From the NCBI GenBank assembly GCA_963750165.1, contig CAVVPN010000011.1, positions 1,056,001-1,120,000 on the forward strand: a DNA stretch of 64,000 bases. The letters are read 5' to 3'. Positions 49,974-60,263 of the stretch are shown one piece after another. Every line of letters begins with the position of its first letter. The stretch's first letter is position 1. The notes beneath the pieces are model-generated. The model was given only the letters and a program-made list of their open reading frames with translations, was not told the DNA's origin and made no database searches. Origin of the DNA: an uncultured Gemmataceae bacterium (GTDB lineage Bacteria > Planctomycetota > Planctomycetia > Gemmatales > Gemmataceae). The translations under genes and the position numbers were made by a program.

Positions 49974-50363
49974 ATGTCCGACGAGAACTTCAGCGTGGAG
50001 GCTTTGGAGAAGGAATTAGCCGAATTGAACGCGCATCAAGAGAGGCAACGGCAAAACGAGCCGCGGCGCCCACTGGCCGAGTTGAAACAGGTGATCCTGG
50101 CCGCCTTGCGGGGGTTGCCGCGCGTGATGCCGCCGAATGACCGCCCGGCGCCGGACGAAGAAGACATCCTGTTCCGTGACCTGGCCAGAACCCGGCCGCC
50201 GATGGACCCGGACGCCGAAGGCGTCCAGCGACTGCCGCAGAGCGAGACGTTCGACCTGGACGACTACTACTCCCCTGAGGAGCAGGCCAAGCCCGGCTTC
50301 TTCGTCTTCGACCCCAAGGTGTTCGGCGAGGAAGACGCCGGATCGCAAGAACCACCACCATGA
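49974..50363 (+). CDS. Hypothetical acidic protein
   Basis: SD ggag precedes the ATG and the composition is protein-like. No family was recognised. Confidence 0.55.
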   Translation: MSDENFSVEALEKELAELNAHQERQRQNEPRRPLAELKQVILAALRGLPRVMPPNDRPAPDEEDILFRDLARTRPPMDPDAEGVQRLPQSETFDLDDYYSPEEQAKPGFFVFDPKVFGEEDAGSQEPPP

Positions 50364-50461
50364 CCGACCCCCTCCCTGCTGCCGCAGTCGAGGCCGCGAC
50401 CCCGGCGAGCAAGAATTTCGCCGAAAACGCGCCGACCTCCTTGGGTTCATGAAAAACGCCC

Positions 50462-52158
50462 TCACCTGCGGTCAAAGAAGTGCCCGCCCCGCCCCCCGGT
50501 CTGGCCCCACCAGCCCTCGCCGCTGCGCTGGTCGCGGTCCTGTCCCGCCAGGGGGTCGATGGCCTGGTAGCCGCCATCAGGCATCTGGTGGTGGCACAGG
50601 GCCAGGGCGTCGGCGTCATCCGGGGAGCGGCCAATTTTCTCCTTCGTCTTCTCCTTCTTCTCCACGGCGCGCCGCCCGGTGGCGTCCAGTTCCCAGGTCG
50701 GGGCCAGCAGCTGCTGTTTCAGCCGGCGGAGCGTTTCTGCGTCCAGCCTCCCCAGGTGGATCATCCCTGACTTGGCTTTCTCCGCCGTCTCGAACCACAA
50801 CTCATCCCTTTTACGCGGGTACAGGTCATCGCGGTTGGCCCGCGTGCCCGCCCCAATGGCGTGGACGCGGTAGCCTGAGCTGCGCAAAAAGGCCGCGACG
50901 GCGTTGCCGGTGCCGTCGTCGTCCAGCTTGATCGGGATGTCCGTCGGCTTGGCCTGAGCGGCGCCGTGGGGCCTGTGCTGATTCACCAGGGCCGCCATCT
51001 CGGCGGCGGCGTCTTTGATCCTCGCGGTGATGCGGGCCGGGTCCATCGTGTTGGACGTCTCATGGCGGACGCTGACGGCACCCCACCGGCAATGCAAGGC
51101 GTAATAATCGTCTCCTTTCCCGGTCGCCATGTCCGCGCCGATCTGCGGCAGTTGGTTCAGGGGGAAAGCCGGGCAAGGCCCCCGCAGGCACGCCTCGAAC
51201 AAACTCGGCGACCACACGCCGTCGCCGGCGTCCGGGTCCAGGCCCAGGGCGCGCCCCTGGAAGATGGGGCCGGGGCGATACCAGCGTGGGGTGCGGCCGT
51301 GCTTCTGGCACCAGTCGAGCGGCGGCCAGCAGAAGTCCGTGGCCTTCTCGTCGCCGGCCTGCACGGGCTCGCACCAGTTCTGAATCCACTCCTCGAACAT
51401 GCGCAGGCTGACGGCGTGCGGGACCGGCGGCGGCAGCCCGTCCAGCTCGGCCAGCAGGTTCGGGTGGTTGGCGGCGCTGAGACGGAAGGTGTGCCAGCGG
51501 GGCGTGCCGTCCGCGGCGGCGCTGTTAGCCTCGACGTATGCCTGGGAGGTCGTGTTCGTCGGGTTGTAGATCGCTAACCAGGCGTGCCCCAGTGATGGGT
51601 CGAACATGCTGCGGGTGGCGGCCCAGTAGATCGGGTCGATGCCGTTGGCCTCGTCGAAGATGAACAGCATCTTCGGGCGGTGCCGCCCCTGGAACGACTC
51701 CCCCTTGCGTGCCGTGAACCCCTTGGCGTAATGGTCGTCGGAGGTGCGCATCTCCGGGCGCGCGGGCCGATGAAGTGGCACGGCAGGCCGGCCCGCTGCC
51801 GCTGCAGGCGGATTTCCGTCCAGAGCAGGTCCACGACGTCGCGCTCGGTCGGGGCCGTGGACAGCACCACCGACACGGCGAACGAGTCGTACCACCAGTT
51901 CGCCGCCACCGCGGCAATAAAGGTTTTCCCTACGTCGTGCCCGCTCGGCACCAGCACCCTGTATGGGGGGATCAGCAGGTGCCGCAGGATCGTCTCCTGG
52001 TCCGCGGTCAGCGTCGAGATTTTGAGAATGTCCCTGGCATAGCCTACGGGGTCGTCGGCGTAGTCGCCCGGCCCCTTCTGGCCCGGCGCCAGGCGCGGGC
52101 CTGCCTTGGCCTCCAGGGACTGCAGGACTGCCCGCCAAAATAACGCCGGGGATGGCAT
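50462..52158 (-). CDS. terL: Terminase large subunit; frameshift near 51760
   Basis: DP..YA..IL...Q...L; SGHDVGKT (Walker A); TAPT; FIFDEA (Walker B); YNPT; IGADMA, DDDGTG and RSPDDADAL nuclease motifs. Confidence 0.88.
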
Positions 52159-52659
52159 TTACTTGTGCTCCAGGGTGTTCAACACGGCCTGGACATCGGC
52201 GGCGAAGGCGGCGTGCTCCGGCGGCGGCATCCGCTGGCAGGCCAGGGCGACCAGCTGGGCGCCGAGGGAGGCCACGTCCTTGACGCTCAGCTTGCCGGGG
52301 TAGAGGTTGAGCAGTTCGGTCTCGTCCTTGAGCGCCGCCAGCGCCGTCCGCAGGTCGCCGGTCTGCAGCGCCTGCGCGTACAGGGCCTGGCGCTTGGACA
52401 GGTGCAGCGCCAGCAGGTGGCCCTGCTGCTTGTCCAGGTTATCCTTCAGTTGCCTCCCGGCCTGGGCGATGTAATTCCACAGCTGCCGGTCACTTACGCC
52501 CCAGGGGCGCCCCGTTGCGGGGTCGTTTTCCGCAGCGTACTGCTTGATGTCGTGGAACTGGGCGCCCGCCAGGCGGATTTCCAGGACCTTGGCCACGCGC
52601 TGGGCGACCACGGCCTGGGTGGACTTCCTGGCCCGCTTACCCTTGCGCTTCGCCGGCAT
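52159..52659 (-). CDS. Putative terminase small subunit (HTH plus helical region)
   Basis: RV..V...R..G....DI..Y.....WGVS.RQL..YI; abuts terL. Confidence 0.6.
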   Translation of the reverse strand: MPAKRKGKRARKSTQAVVAQRVAKVLEIRLAGAQFHDIKQYAAENDPATGRPWGVSDRQLWNYIAQAGRQLKDNLDKQQGHLLALHLSKRQALYAQALQTGDLRTALAALKDETELLNLYPGKLSVKDVASLGAQLVALACQRMPPPEHAAFAADVQAVLNTLEHK

Positions 52660-53263
52660 GGTTGGCCACCTCCGCGTCGATCCAGGCGGCGTGCCAGTCG
52701 TGCAGGCCGTCGTGGTGGAAGAGGGCGATCTGCTCCCGGTTGCTGTTGGTCCGCAGGTTGGCGGACCCCTCGAAGGTCAGTTTCCGGCCGTCGGCGAAGT
52801 GCAGGCACATCACCTTGCAGTGGTTGCGGGTGGCCGCCAGGCGGCATGCGCGGGCCTGCACCAACTCCCCGTGCCCGAACTGGTACTCCTCGGGGTTCTG
52901 CCGCCGGAAAAACGAGGAGCAGAGCAGCGTGAGAGCGACCACTTTGCCGGCGTCGATCAGGCCGGCCAGTTCGTAGACGTTGCGCTTGCTGAACGCCAGC
53001 ATTGCCACCCGCAGGCGGTCGCAGCGGACGGCGAACCTGTCCAGGACGACCATGAGCAGGGCGGTCAGGTCGTATCTGCCGGTCATGATGGCGTGGAGGG
53101 ACTCGCCCGGGGCGGGCAAGTGCGGCACGATCTCCGCCGCCTCGGCCAGCATGGCGAAGCGCTTCTGCCTGTCCCGGGCAGTGAACACGCCCGGCAGGGT
53201 GTCCAGGGCGCCCGGTGCGGGCTTGCGGCCGAAGCTCGGCGGCTTGATCTTGGAGAAGTCCAT
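52637..53263 (-). CDS. Phospholipase D-like (HxK...GSxN) single-domain protein
   Basis: RNHCKV...TFEGSANLRTN..REQ. Confidence 0.72.
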   Translation of the reverse strand: MDFSKIKPPSFGRKPAPGALDTLPGVFTARDRQKRFAMLAEAAEIVPHLPAPGESLHAIMTGRYDLTALLMVVLDRFAVRCDRLRVAMLAFSKRNVYELAGLIDAGKVVALTLLCSSFFRRQNPEEYQFGHGELVQARACRLAATRNHCKVMCLHFADGRKLTFEGSANLRTNSNREQIALFHHDGLHDWHAAWIDAEVANHAGEAQG

Positions 53264-53274
53264 CGGTGCTCCCC

Positions 53275-53427
53275 TCACGACCAGGATTGGCCGTTCTTGA
53301 ACCGGCCGGCTGGCCGCTTCTTGCCGGCGCCTTTGCCCCCACCCTTGGCGCCGCCCTTGGACTTCTTGGCGCCCTTGGCGTTGAAGCCGAAGCTGAAGTC
53401 ACCGATCTTGTCTTTGCTCTTGGCCAT
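53275..53427 (-). CDS. 50-aa Lys/Gly-rich basic peptide (absent from the ORF track)
   Basis: SD gaggag; MAKSKDKIGDFSFGFNAKGAKKSKGGAKGGGKGAGKKRPAGRFKNGQSWS*; strong GC3 codon bias. Confidence 0.75.
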   Translation of the reverse strand: MAKSKDKIGDFSFGFNAKGAKKSKGGAKGGGKGAGKKRPAGRFKNGQSWS

Positions 53428-53522
53428 GACTGCTCCTCGTTGTGAAAACCTCGTTGAGCGGCCCCGCGGGTCTTCTCGTAGGTCAAACGCCCCACATCGG
53501 GGCCGTCATCGCGTTCGGCGCT

Positions 53523-53759
53523 TCAATTGCTGTCCAGTGGCGGGCGGTTCCAAACCACCGCGCACCTGTCGCCGCAGCACACCAGGAAGCACGCCAGGCA
53601 ATAGCCGTGGCGCGGGTTGTAGTTGTAGGGCGGGTCTTCGTAGGTGAGTGCTTCTCCGAACCCATCGGGGCCACAGCCCACCACGGTGTGGTGCTGAATG
53701 CCTTCATCCCGGTCGTAGGGCTCGCCACAGCACCGGCAGATCAGAATGACAGCGCTCAT
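53523..53759 (-). CDS. Small Cys-rich putative Zn-binding protein
   Basis: CRCCG...CLAC..CC...C; ggagg upstream. Confidence 0.5.
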   Translation of the reverse strand: MSAVILICRCCGEPYDRDEGIQHHTVVGCGPDGFGEALTYEDPPYNYNPRHGYCLACFLVCCGDRCAVVWNRPPLDSN

Positions 53760-53800
53760 CTCCTGGGTCCTCCAGCAGTTCATGATTTCGGGTATTCATC

Positions 53801-56800
53801 TCAGCCGCCCCAGGTCGGGGCCGTCTTCACTTCCACCTCGACGGGCACCGGGTCGATCAGGGGCGCCATCGCGTCCACCATCGCCCGCTTGAGCCAGTCG
53901 GCCACCGTCGGCGCCTGGTCCTGGTCGCACTCCACCACGATCTCGTCGTGGACCGCCAGCACCGGGAAGGCGCCCGGCACCTCGGCACGGCGTTCCCAGA
54001 GCAGTGCCAGCGCCAACTTGAGGCCGTCCGCGCCCGTCCCCTGCACCGGGGTGTTGAGTTTTTCGGTGAATCGCGCGACGCCGCAACGACGCCGGCCTGC
54101 GAGGGTGCGCGTCTCGATGGCGTTCTTACCAGTGCGGCCCGCCTGGCGGTGCCAGCGCACCAGGCCGGGGTAGGCGGCAAAGAATGCCGAGCGGTACTGC
54201 TCCGCCTGTTCCGGGGTCAGCGTCAGGCCGTAGTTGCTGAGCGCATACAACTGGAACGTCTTCGCGCCCATGCCGTACAACAAGCCAAAATTAACGGCCT
54301 TCGCCAGCTGCCGGTGCTGCTTGGTGACTTCGGTGATCCCCATGACCTTCTGCGCGGTCAAGGTGTGCAGGTCGATGCCCCGCTGGTACGCCTCCAGCAT
54401 GGCCTTGTCGCCCGACACCTTGGCGGCGATGCGCAGCTCGACCTGGCTGTAATCGGCTTTCACCAGCACCCGGCCCGGCGGCGCCGCGAAGCAGCCGCGG
54501 TACTCGGGGCCGCGGGGCAGGTTTTGAAGATTCGGCGCCTTGCAGGCCATGCGGCCGCTGTCGGCCCCCAGTTGCTGCCACCCCGCGTACACGCGGCCGT
54601 CGCCGGAGACGTGCTTGAGCCAGTCGTCGCCGTAAGTACCGGCCTTCTTGCTGGCTGCCCGGTAGTCGCGCAGGAGGGCGGCGAGCGGGTGGTCGATGCC
54701 AGCCAAGGCGTCGTCGTCCGTGCTGGTGACCGTCACGCCCAGGCTCGCAAACACTTCCTGCGCCTGCTGGGGGCTCGACCAGTTCCAGGTGCTGCCGAAG
54801 TCGAGGACTTCCGGCTTGCCCGGCGCCAGGGCGTCCATTGCCGCCGCCAGCCGCTCGGCTTCGGCCTTCGCCTGTTGCGCCATCACCTGCCACCGCACTG
54901 CATCGAACGCCACGCCGGAGCAGGCCATCCAGACCACGGGCGGCAAACAGCGGCTCTCGATGGCGGCGGCCTGTTCCAATTTCGCGCCCTTGATCTTCAC
55001 GCGCAGCGCCCGGCACAGCGGCCCCAGCACGGCCGCGTCCGTCGCCGCGTAGGCCAACTGCTCGGGGGTGAGTACCGCCCGCGACCAGTCGGACTTCTGC
55101 TCGTCCTTGTCGATGGCCTTCCCCAGTTCACGCCGCACGCACGCTTCCAGGCTGTGGAATCCCCTGGGGTGTCGCGTGCCGTATAGCAACCGCGACAAGA
55201 GCATCGTGTCGTACACCGCGCCCGGCTCGAACCCCAACTGGCGCAGGAAGGCCAGGTCGAAGTACCCGTTGTGCGTGACGAGGATGGTCTGGGACAGGGC
55301 GGCGAACAACGGTTGCGGGTCCACGGCGGCGCAGTCCACCAGGTAGGTCAGGGAGCCCTCGACCGCCTCCACGTTCACCGACAGCAGCCGCAGTCGATCT
55401 GACCGGGGGTCGAGCCCGGTGGTCTCACAGTCCAGCCCCACCAGTTCGTTATCCGCGAGGGCGGTCAGGACGGCGCTGAGCCCGTCGGCGTCCGTGACGA
55501 GCATGTAGGGGTGTCCGACACCTGGGGTTTCGGGGGGCGTTGGGGCACTGACGCTGTCCTGGTCCTGGTGGCTGGCGGGTTCATTCGCCTGTTCCTCTGT
55601 CCGACGCCCGACACTTCCGACACTTCCCTGGTCCGTCTCCGCAGGTTGTTGCCCGGCTGCCGGTTGCGAACTGTCCTGTTTCGCGCCCCTTGAAGTGTCG
55701 GACGCTGAGCCAGGCGGTGCTGTCGGTGGCGCGGACGGGTTCTCCCCGCCGTCGTCCTCGTCGTCTCCACCCGAAGTGTCGGAAGTGTCGGGCGTCGGAT
55801 ACAGTTCCACGACTTTGATATTGCTAGCCTTCTTCCCAGAAGGGGGGTCGATCCAGCGGGCCACGCCGCCGTCCACAAGGACGCTCAGGGCGGCCTCTGC
55901 GTCCTCCCTGGTCGGGTACTTCTTGCTGTTGGCGCGCTGCAGTTCGCGGACGGTGATCCGCCCCCCGCGGGCCTGGATGAACTCGACCAGGCGGCGGGTG
56001 TCGCGCTGCTCCTCCGTCTCGGCCAGCGTCATGTAAATGCGCCGGGCCTCGTTGGCGAACCAGCGGCAGAGGGTGACGCCGGCCTCGACGCTCCTGGGGC
56101 TGACCTCCCGGCGGTCATCGACCTCCAGGTGGACGCAGGTGACGACGTGGTGCAGCAGGGCGAAGCGGGCGGCGTAGGCTTCGAGCTTGCTGTACGCGGC
56201 CGCCAGTTCGCCCTCGACGGCCATCTGCTCCTTGGCCCAGGCGTTGTAGAACGCTACCCAGTTCTCCTTGGCCTGCGGGTTCATGCGCAGGACGTGGGGT
56301 TGCTTCGGCCCGGTGTCCGCGTCGAAGTCCAACTCCAGCAGCCTGGCGATCACAGTCTGGTACGCCTGCTCGGTCTCCGGGGAGACATCGGCCTCGCTCC
56401 AACTCTTTTCCACCTTGGGGGGCATGGCCGCCAGCAGGCGGGCGGGCAGGCCGGAGTCGAAGGCGTCCGCGCCCAGGGCGCGGGCCAGGACGCCGGGCTG
56501 GATGCCGCCGACGACGGACACGGCGGCGCGGTCGATGAACAGCAAGGGCCGCTCGGGGTTCTTGCGGTCGATGACCGCCGTGCCGGCCCGGAAGAACTCC
56601 AGCCAGTTGGGCAGGTCGGAGCCGCCTCCCTTGCCCTTGTAGCGCGTGAAGCTGCCCAGCCAGCCGGACAGTTCGTCCCGCGCCATGAGTACCCCCCGCG
56701 GGTTTTCCTCCAGGACCACCCCCAATTTTTCAATGGTGGTGTCGCTGACGACGACCCGTCGCAGTTTCGGCTCCGCGGGCGGCTCCTCGTTGAAGTCCTC

Positions 56801-58066
56801 GCCGGCCTTCTTCGCCTTCGCCTTGCGGGACTTGTACTCAACCAGGGCGTCCTCGTAGGCTTCCTTCTCAGACTTGAACGACTCCAGCAGCTGCTTCTGG
56901 TGGCGGAACAGGAAGCCGACTGCTTTCTGAAAAGCTGGCGTCTTGAGCGTGCCGGAGTCGCCCACGATGGCGGCCCAGATGATGCACGGCTCCTCCCAGC
57001 TGCGCTTGAGCCGGAGCGACCGGGTGTTGCTGATGGTCGAGCCCACGGCCGCCAGCACGCATAGCGCCACGTACGCCGGGTCGCAGCGCAGGGCCTGGGC
57101 GCACTCGGTGACGTAGGCGCCCAGCGGCATCGGCAGCGCCTCAACCGGGAACGGCTGGAAAGGCGGCAGCGTCCGCACCCTGATCTTGGGCTTCGACCCG
57201 GCACCGTCGTTGCCGCTCGTCAGCCCCAGCCACTGCCGCACCCTGGTCGCCACCGCGCCGCCGGCGACGCCGAGCAGCTGCACCAGGCGCGGCCAGCCGG
57301 TGACCTTCTCGCCGTCCTCCACCTTGCGCTTCGCCGGGGCGGCCTTGCCTTCGCGCATGCGGACTTCCTCGTCGCCAGCGGCCAGGGCCACGGCGCCTAC
57401 GAACCGGGAAACGCGCTCGGCGTCCCAGTGGCGGGCCAGCGCGCCGCTCAGCGCCATGGCCGCCTTGTCACGGTTGCCTTGTCTCGGCCAATGGCGGGCC
57501 AGGAGCGCGGCCGCGGCGACTTCCCCCACGGCCTTCTGCAGGTCGTCCAGCGTTACGTTTCCCGGCTCGGTGAAGGACTCCCAGGCGATCTGTTCGCCGG
57601 TGTCCTTGTGCAGGCTGGGCGGGTAGACGGTCAGACCGCCGTCGCCGCGCAGCTCGCAGAGCATGGTGCCGTCGAGGTCGAGGTACTCTTGCTGCGCCTT
57701 GGGGAACGGGCGGTCCGCCGCGTAGATGTAGTGCGACAGCGGCGACGACGGGCGCCCGAAACGCCAGCCGGTGGGCGGGAGCAGGTGCGGGGCGACGGCC
57801 CGCGTCTCGGGGACGTCGAGGTCCACGTCCAGGCGGTTGCCGCTGGGGCTGCCGTTCAGGACGCCGACATTGCGGGGTTCGTGGCGCGGGAACCGTCCGT
57901 CAAGGTCGTCCGCAGTCAAGCGCAGGTGCTGCCAGTCGGGATAGCCGGGGTCTTTGCTGCGGGGTGGCAGCGGGATCGGGGCCAGGCCGCGCTGAACGTA
58001 CAACTCTGCGGCGTCGCGGACGTCCTTGGGGAAGGCGCCGTTGCGACTCGGGGTTGCAGTTGTCAT
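53801..58066 (-). CDS. Fused replicase: Prim-Pol, DUF3987 helicase-like ATPase, 3'-5' exonuclease and family A DNA polymerase
   Basis: PIPL....K.P, NVGVL.G, DVDLD, PPS.H (Prim-Pol); FP.EALP, GDSGTLKT, RDEL, G.IQP (DUF3987); LDCETTG, HN..FD, YA..D (exonuclease); ADYSQVELR, RQLAKAVNFGLLYG, VHDE (PolA motifs A/B/C). Confidence 0.9.
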   Translation of the reverse strand: MTTATPSRNGAFPKDVRDAAELYVQRGLAPIPLPPRSKDPGYPDWQHLRLTADDLDGRFPRHEPRNVGVLNGSPSGNRLDVDLDVPETRAVAPHLLPPTGWRFGRPSSPLSHYIYAADRPFPKAQQEYLDLDGTMLCELRGDGGLTVYPPSLHKDTGEQIAWESFTEPGNVTLDDLQKAVGEVAAAALLARHWPRQGNRDKAAMALSGALARHWDAERVSRFVGAVALAAGDEEVRMREGKAAPAKRKVEDGEKVTGWPRLVQLLGVAGGAVATRVRQWLGLTSGNDGAGSKPKIRVRTLPPFQPFPVEALPMPLGAYVTECAQALRCDPAYVALCVLAAVGSTISNTRSLRLKRSWEEPCIIWAAIVGDSGTLKTPAFQKAVGFLFRHQKQLLESFKSEKEAYEDALVEYKSRKAKAKKAGEDFNEEPPAEPKLRRVVVSDTTIEKLGVVLEENPRGVLMARDELSGWLGSFTRYKGKGGGSDLPNWLEFFRAGTAVIDRKNPERPLLFIDRAAVSVVGGIQPGVLARALGADAFDSGLPARLLAAMPPKVEKSWSEADVSPETEQAYQTVIARLLELDFDADTGPKQPHVLRMNPQAKENWVAFYNAWAKEQMAVEGELAAAYSKLEAYAARFALLHHVVTCVHLEVDDRREVSPRSVEAGVTLCRWFANEARRIYMTLAETEEQRDTRRLVEFIQARGGRITVRELQRANSKKYPTREDAEAALSVLVDGGVARWIDPPSGKKASNIKVVELYPTPDTSDTSGGDDEDDGGENPSAPPTAPPGSASDTSRGAKQDSSQPAAGQQPAETDQGSVGSVGRRTEEQANEPASHQDQDSVSAPTPPETPGVGHPYMLVTDADGLSAVLTALADNELVGLDCETTGLDPRSDRLRLLSVNVEAVEGSLTYLVDCAAVDPQPLFAALSQTILVTHNGYFDLAFLRQLGFEPGAVYDTMLLSRLLYGTRHPRGFHSLEACVRRELGKAIDKDEQKSDWSRAVLTPEQLAYAATDAAVLGPLCRALRVKIKGAKLEQAAAIESRCLPPVVWMACSGVAFDAVRWQVMAQQAKAEAERLAAAMDALAPGKPEVLDFGSTWNWSSPQQAQEVFASLGVTVTSTDDDALAGIDHPLAALLRDYRAASKKAGTYGDDWLKHVSGDGRVYAGWQQLGADSGRMACKAPNLQNLPRGPEYRGCFAAPPGRVLVKADYSQVELRIAAKVSGDKAMLEAYQRGIDLHTLTAQKVMGITEVTKQHRQLAKAVNFGLLYGMGAKTFQLYALSNYGLTLTPEQAEQYRSAFFAAYPGLVRWHRQAGRTGKNAIETRTLAGRRRCGVARFTEKLNTPVQGTGADGLKLALALLWERRAEVPGAFPVLAVHDEIVVECDQDQAPTVADWLKRAMVDAMAPLIDPVPVEVEVKTAPTWGG

Positions 58067-58251
58067 GGCTGGCCCTCCGCGCAGGCCAGCCCGTCCAGAG
58101 CGCCCAATTCCGCCAACAAATCCTCGGCGCGGTCGCGATCCAGGACGGGCCTCTTCTCGTGTCCGGTCCAGTAGGAGTGCCTCAAGAGGCGCCTGGCGTC
58201 GTCTGCTCCGACAATCTCGCTCAACTCGTCAAAGTCCGGGTAATCGCTCAT
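58063..58251 (-). CDS. Small hypothetical protein
   Basis: SD ggagg; its stop overlaps the replicase start (ATGA). Confidence 0.6.
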   Translation of the reverse strand: MSDYPDFDELSEIVGADDARRLLRHSYWTGHEKRPVLDRDRAEDLLAELGALDGLACAEGQP

Positions 58252-58284
58252 AAGACGGCCCTCCATCTTTCTCGGCCGGGGCCG

Positions 58285-58653
58285 TCAGATGCCGAGTTTG
58301 TCCAACTCCGCGCCGGCGCGCTCGGCCGCCTTCAACCGCTTGCCGGGCGAACTCTGGCCCGGGGCCGATTCGCTGCTCGCCTGCGGGGTTTGAGCCTCAA
58401 GGAAACGTGCGAGGGCCATCGGGGTGCTGATGAACCGGCCGGCCAGTTTCATGGCCTCCAGCCGGACGCGGCCTCCCCCCAGAACCCTGACACCCTCCGT
58501 GACCCACCTGAAAACGCAACTGGGAGTCACGGCCTTGTCCTCTCGCGAGGGTGGCACCACTCTGGCGATCTGCCCCAGATATTTCCCGTGGCCGGCGGCA
58601 ATTTCCTCGGCCAACCGGCCGTCGGGCACGGTCGTACTCGTTAGCGCTGTCAT
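58285..58653 (-). CDS. DUF1580-like HTH protein (excisionase/AlpA-like role inferred)
   Basis: L...AR..P..R..K.V...C.FRW...GV.......RLEA...AGR..ST..AL.RF. Confidence 0.72.
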   Translation of the reverse strand: MTALTSTTVPDGRLAEEIAAGHGKYLGQIARVVPPSREDKAVTPSCVFRWVTEGVRVLGGGRVRLEAMKLAGRFISTPMALARFLEAQTPQASSESAPGQSSPGKRLKAAERAGAELDKLGI

Positions 58654-59031
58654 GTGGAACCTCGCACCTGGTCGCTCGTCTCCGCAACGCACGAGGGCGA
58701 GTGTGACACAGGCGCGCGTCCGGGAATTTCAAGGGGTTCGCGAAATAGCGAAGATGGCAAAACTATGAATGATAATGGTTTGCGGCAAAGACTGTCGAGA
58801 GACCGAGCTTCCGCAACAAATTTTTCTTGGCCGGGTTGCGCGGTGACGGGCTGGTGAATCTGAGTTTGTCCGCGGCGATGACGCCGTGCAGGTTGGGTCT
58901 GCCTGGATGACTGACCTTGAAACGGTTCTTGACGCCGCCTCTGATCGCCAGACAGAGTCGTTTAGCGGGGCTGCCTTGGATGGAAGAGAGATGGATGATT
59001 GGGCTTTGTTGCTGCTGTCCGCACAACCCGT

Positions 59032-60102
59032 TCAGGATGGCAGTATGTGGCCATCCTCGCGTTGTCGGCCAGAAAGCAGCTTCAAGGCTTTGTCAACGAA
59101 AGCTTCCGCACGCCGGGCCCGGTTACCCCAACCGAAGGCGACGTCGCAAACATTCGCCTGATTGTAAAAAATCCGCGCCGCCTTCGCGAGTGATTCGCCC
59201 GCGCCATCGAGATTCTGGGCGGCGCCGGCCACGAGCAGGTGTTGCTCCCTGGGTTTTGCAGCCAGGGTCTCTACCCTGGGCACCCGGGATGGGCGTGTCA
59301 GTCGAAAGATGTGTCGCAGCGAACCTTGCACCAGTTCCTCAATCGGCTCCGCGTTCTCAATCTCCAGTAAGAACCACATCGCGTCGTTAAGGGATGCTGC
59401 AGCCTGACGGAGCGACTTGTCCGCGGGGGAGATGCGTAGGTCTTTCTTTTTTCCAGGTTGCTTTGGCGGCGATGTCGGTTTGCCGAAGCCCGACGTGTTC
59501 ATGGAGTAGGTGCTTTCACCGCGCTTCACGTTCCGAATCTTCCTCGGTGCCTCGGGGTTCCCGTGCATCTGATCAAACTTCATTCGGATTCTCCGGACCA
59601 GCGTGTCGTGAGCGCCGCACCACGCGCCAATCTGCACGTTGGACAGTTCGTACCATTCTTCATCCCGCAACAGGGCGTCCACCGCGTATCGTACGGCCCT
59701 CAGCCGGTCGCGCGAACTCTGGTGTGCTTGTTTTTTGACGTTTACCTCGCACGCAAACGCGGCTGCGTTGAGGCGCGTGCCAGGCCGGATTTCGGCGTCA
59801 ACGTGAGGGCGGCCCGCACGGTGGTGCGCCGCCAGCCGGCGAAAGCCGTCCCCGAGCCAGTAGTTGTCCTCGGCGTCTTTGAACACGACCACTGGCTGGA
59901 GGTCGTCACCATCCAGCAGCGCATTCGCAAGCCGCTTCACGGACTCGTGGTGTATTTCCCGGACCTGCGTACTGCCCTGGGTGTTGATCCTTGAGATCGG
60001 CAACCTGATTCTGTGCGCACCGGCGGCCGTGGGCGTGTTCACCGGAATCTGTTGCCGAGCGGGCGCGCTGTTCCCGACCAGTTGCCGTTCGGGTGAGGGC
60101 AT
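59032..60102 (-). CDS. ParB/Srx N-terminal domain protein with HTH
   Basis: Q.R....V..LA..L..G....PVVVF.....WLGDGFRRLAA; SNVQIG.WCG....LV..IR. Confidence 0.72.
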   Translation of the reverse strand: MPSPERQLVGNSAPARQQIPVNTPTAAGAHRIRLPISRINTQGSTQVREIHHESVKRLANALLDGDDLQPVVVFKDAEDNYWLGDGFRRLAAHHRAGRPHVDAEIRPGTRLNAAAFACEVNVKKQAHQSSRDRLRAVRYAVDALLRDEEWYELSNVQIGAWCGAHDTLVRRIRMKFDQMHGNPEAPRKIRNVKRGESTYSMNTSGFGKPTSPPKQPGKKKDLRISPADKSLRQAAASLNDAMWFLLEIENAEPIEELVQGSLRHIFRLTRPSRVPRVETLAAKPREQHLLVAGAAQNLDGAGESLAKAARIFYNQANVCDVAFGWGNRARRAEAFVDKALKLLSGRQREDGHILPS

Positions 60103-60263
60103 AATGACTTTCCTTGCGGCTGCGTTTCTCCCCTCGGGGATACGCGGCCTCGGTCGTGGAACGGCCGACCAGGAATCAGCCGGCGCACCAACACTTCATT
60201 GTTTACCATGCGGAAAAAGGGGACAAGCCCGGGAGTGCTCCCGGGCCTGTCGCCTCGCGAGTG

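Noticed and set aside
49850..50140. 96-aa ORF overlapping 49974-50363
   Set aside because: Long overlap with a better-supported ORF and no recognisable motif.
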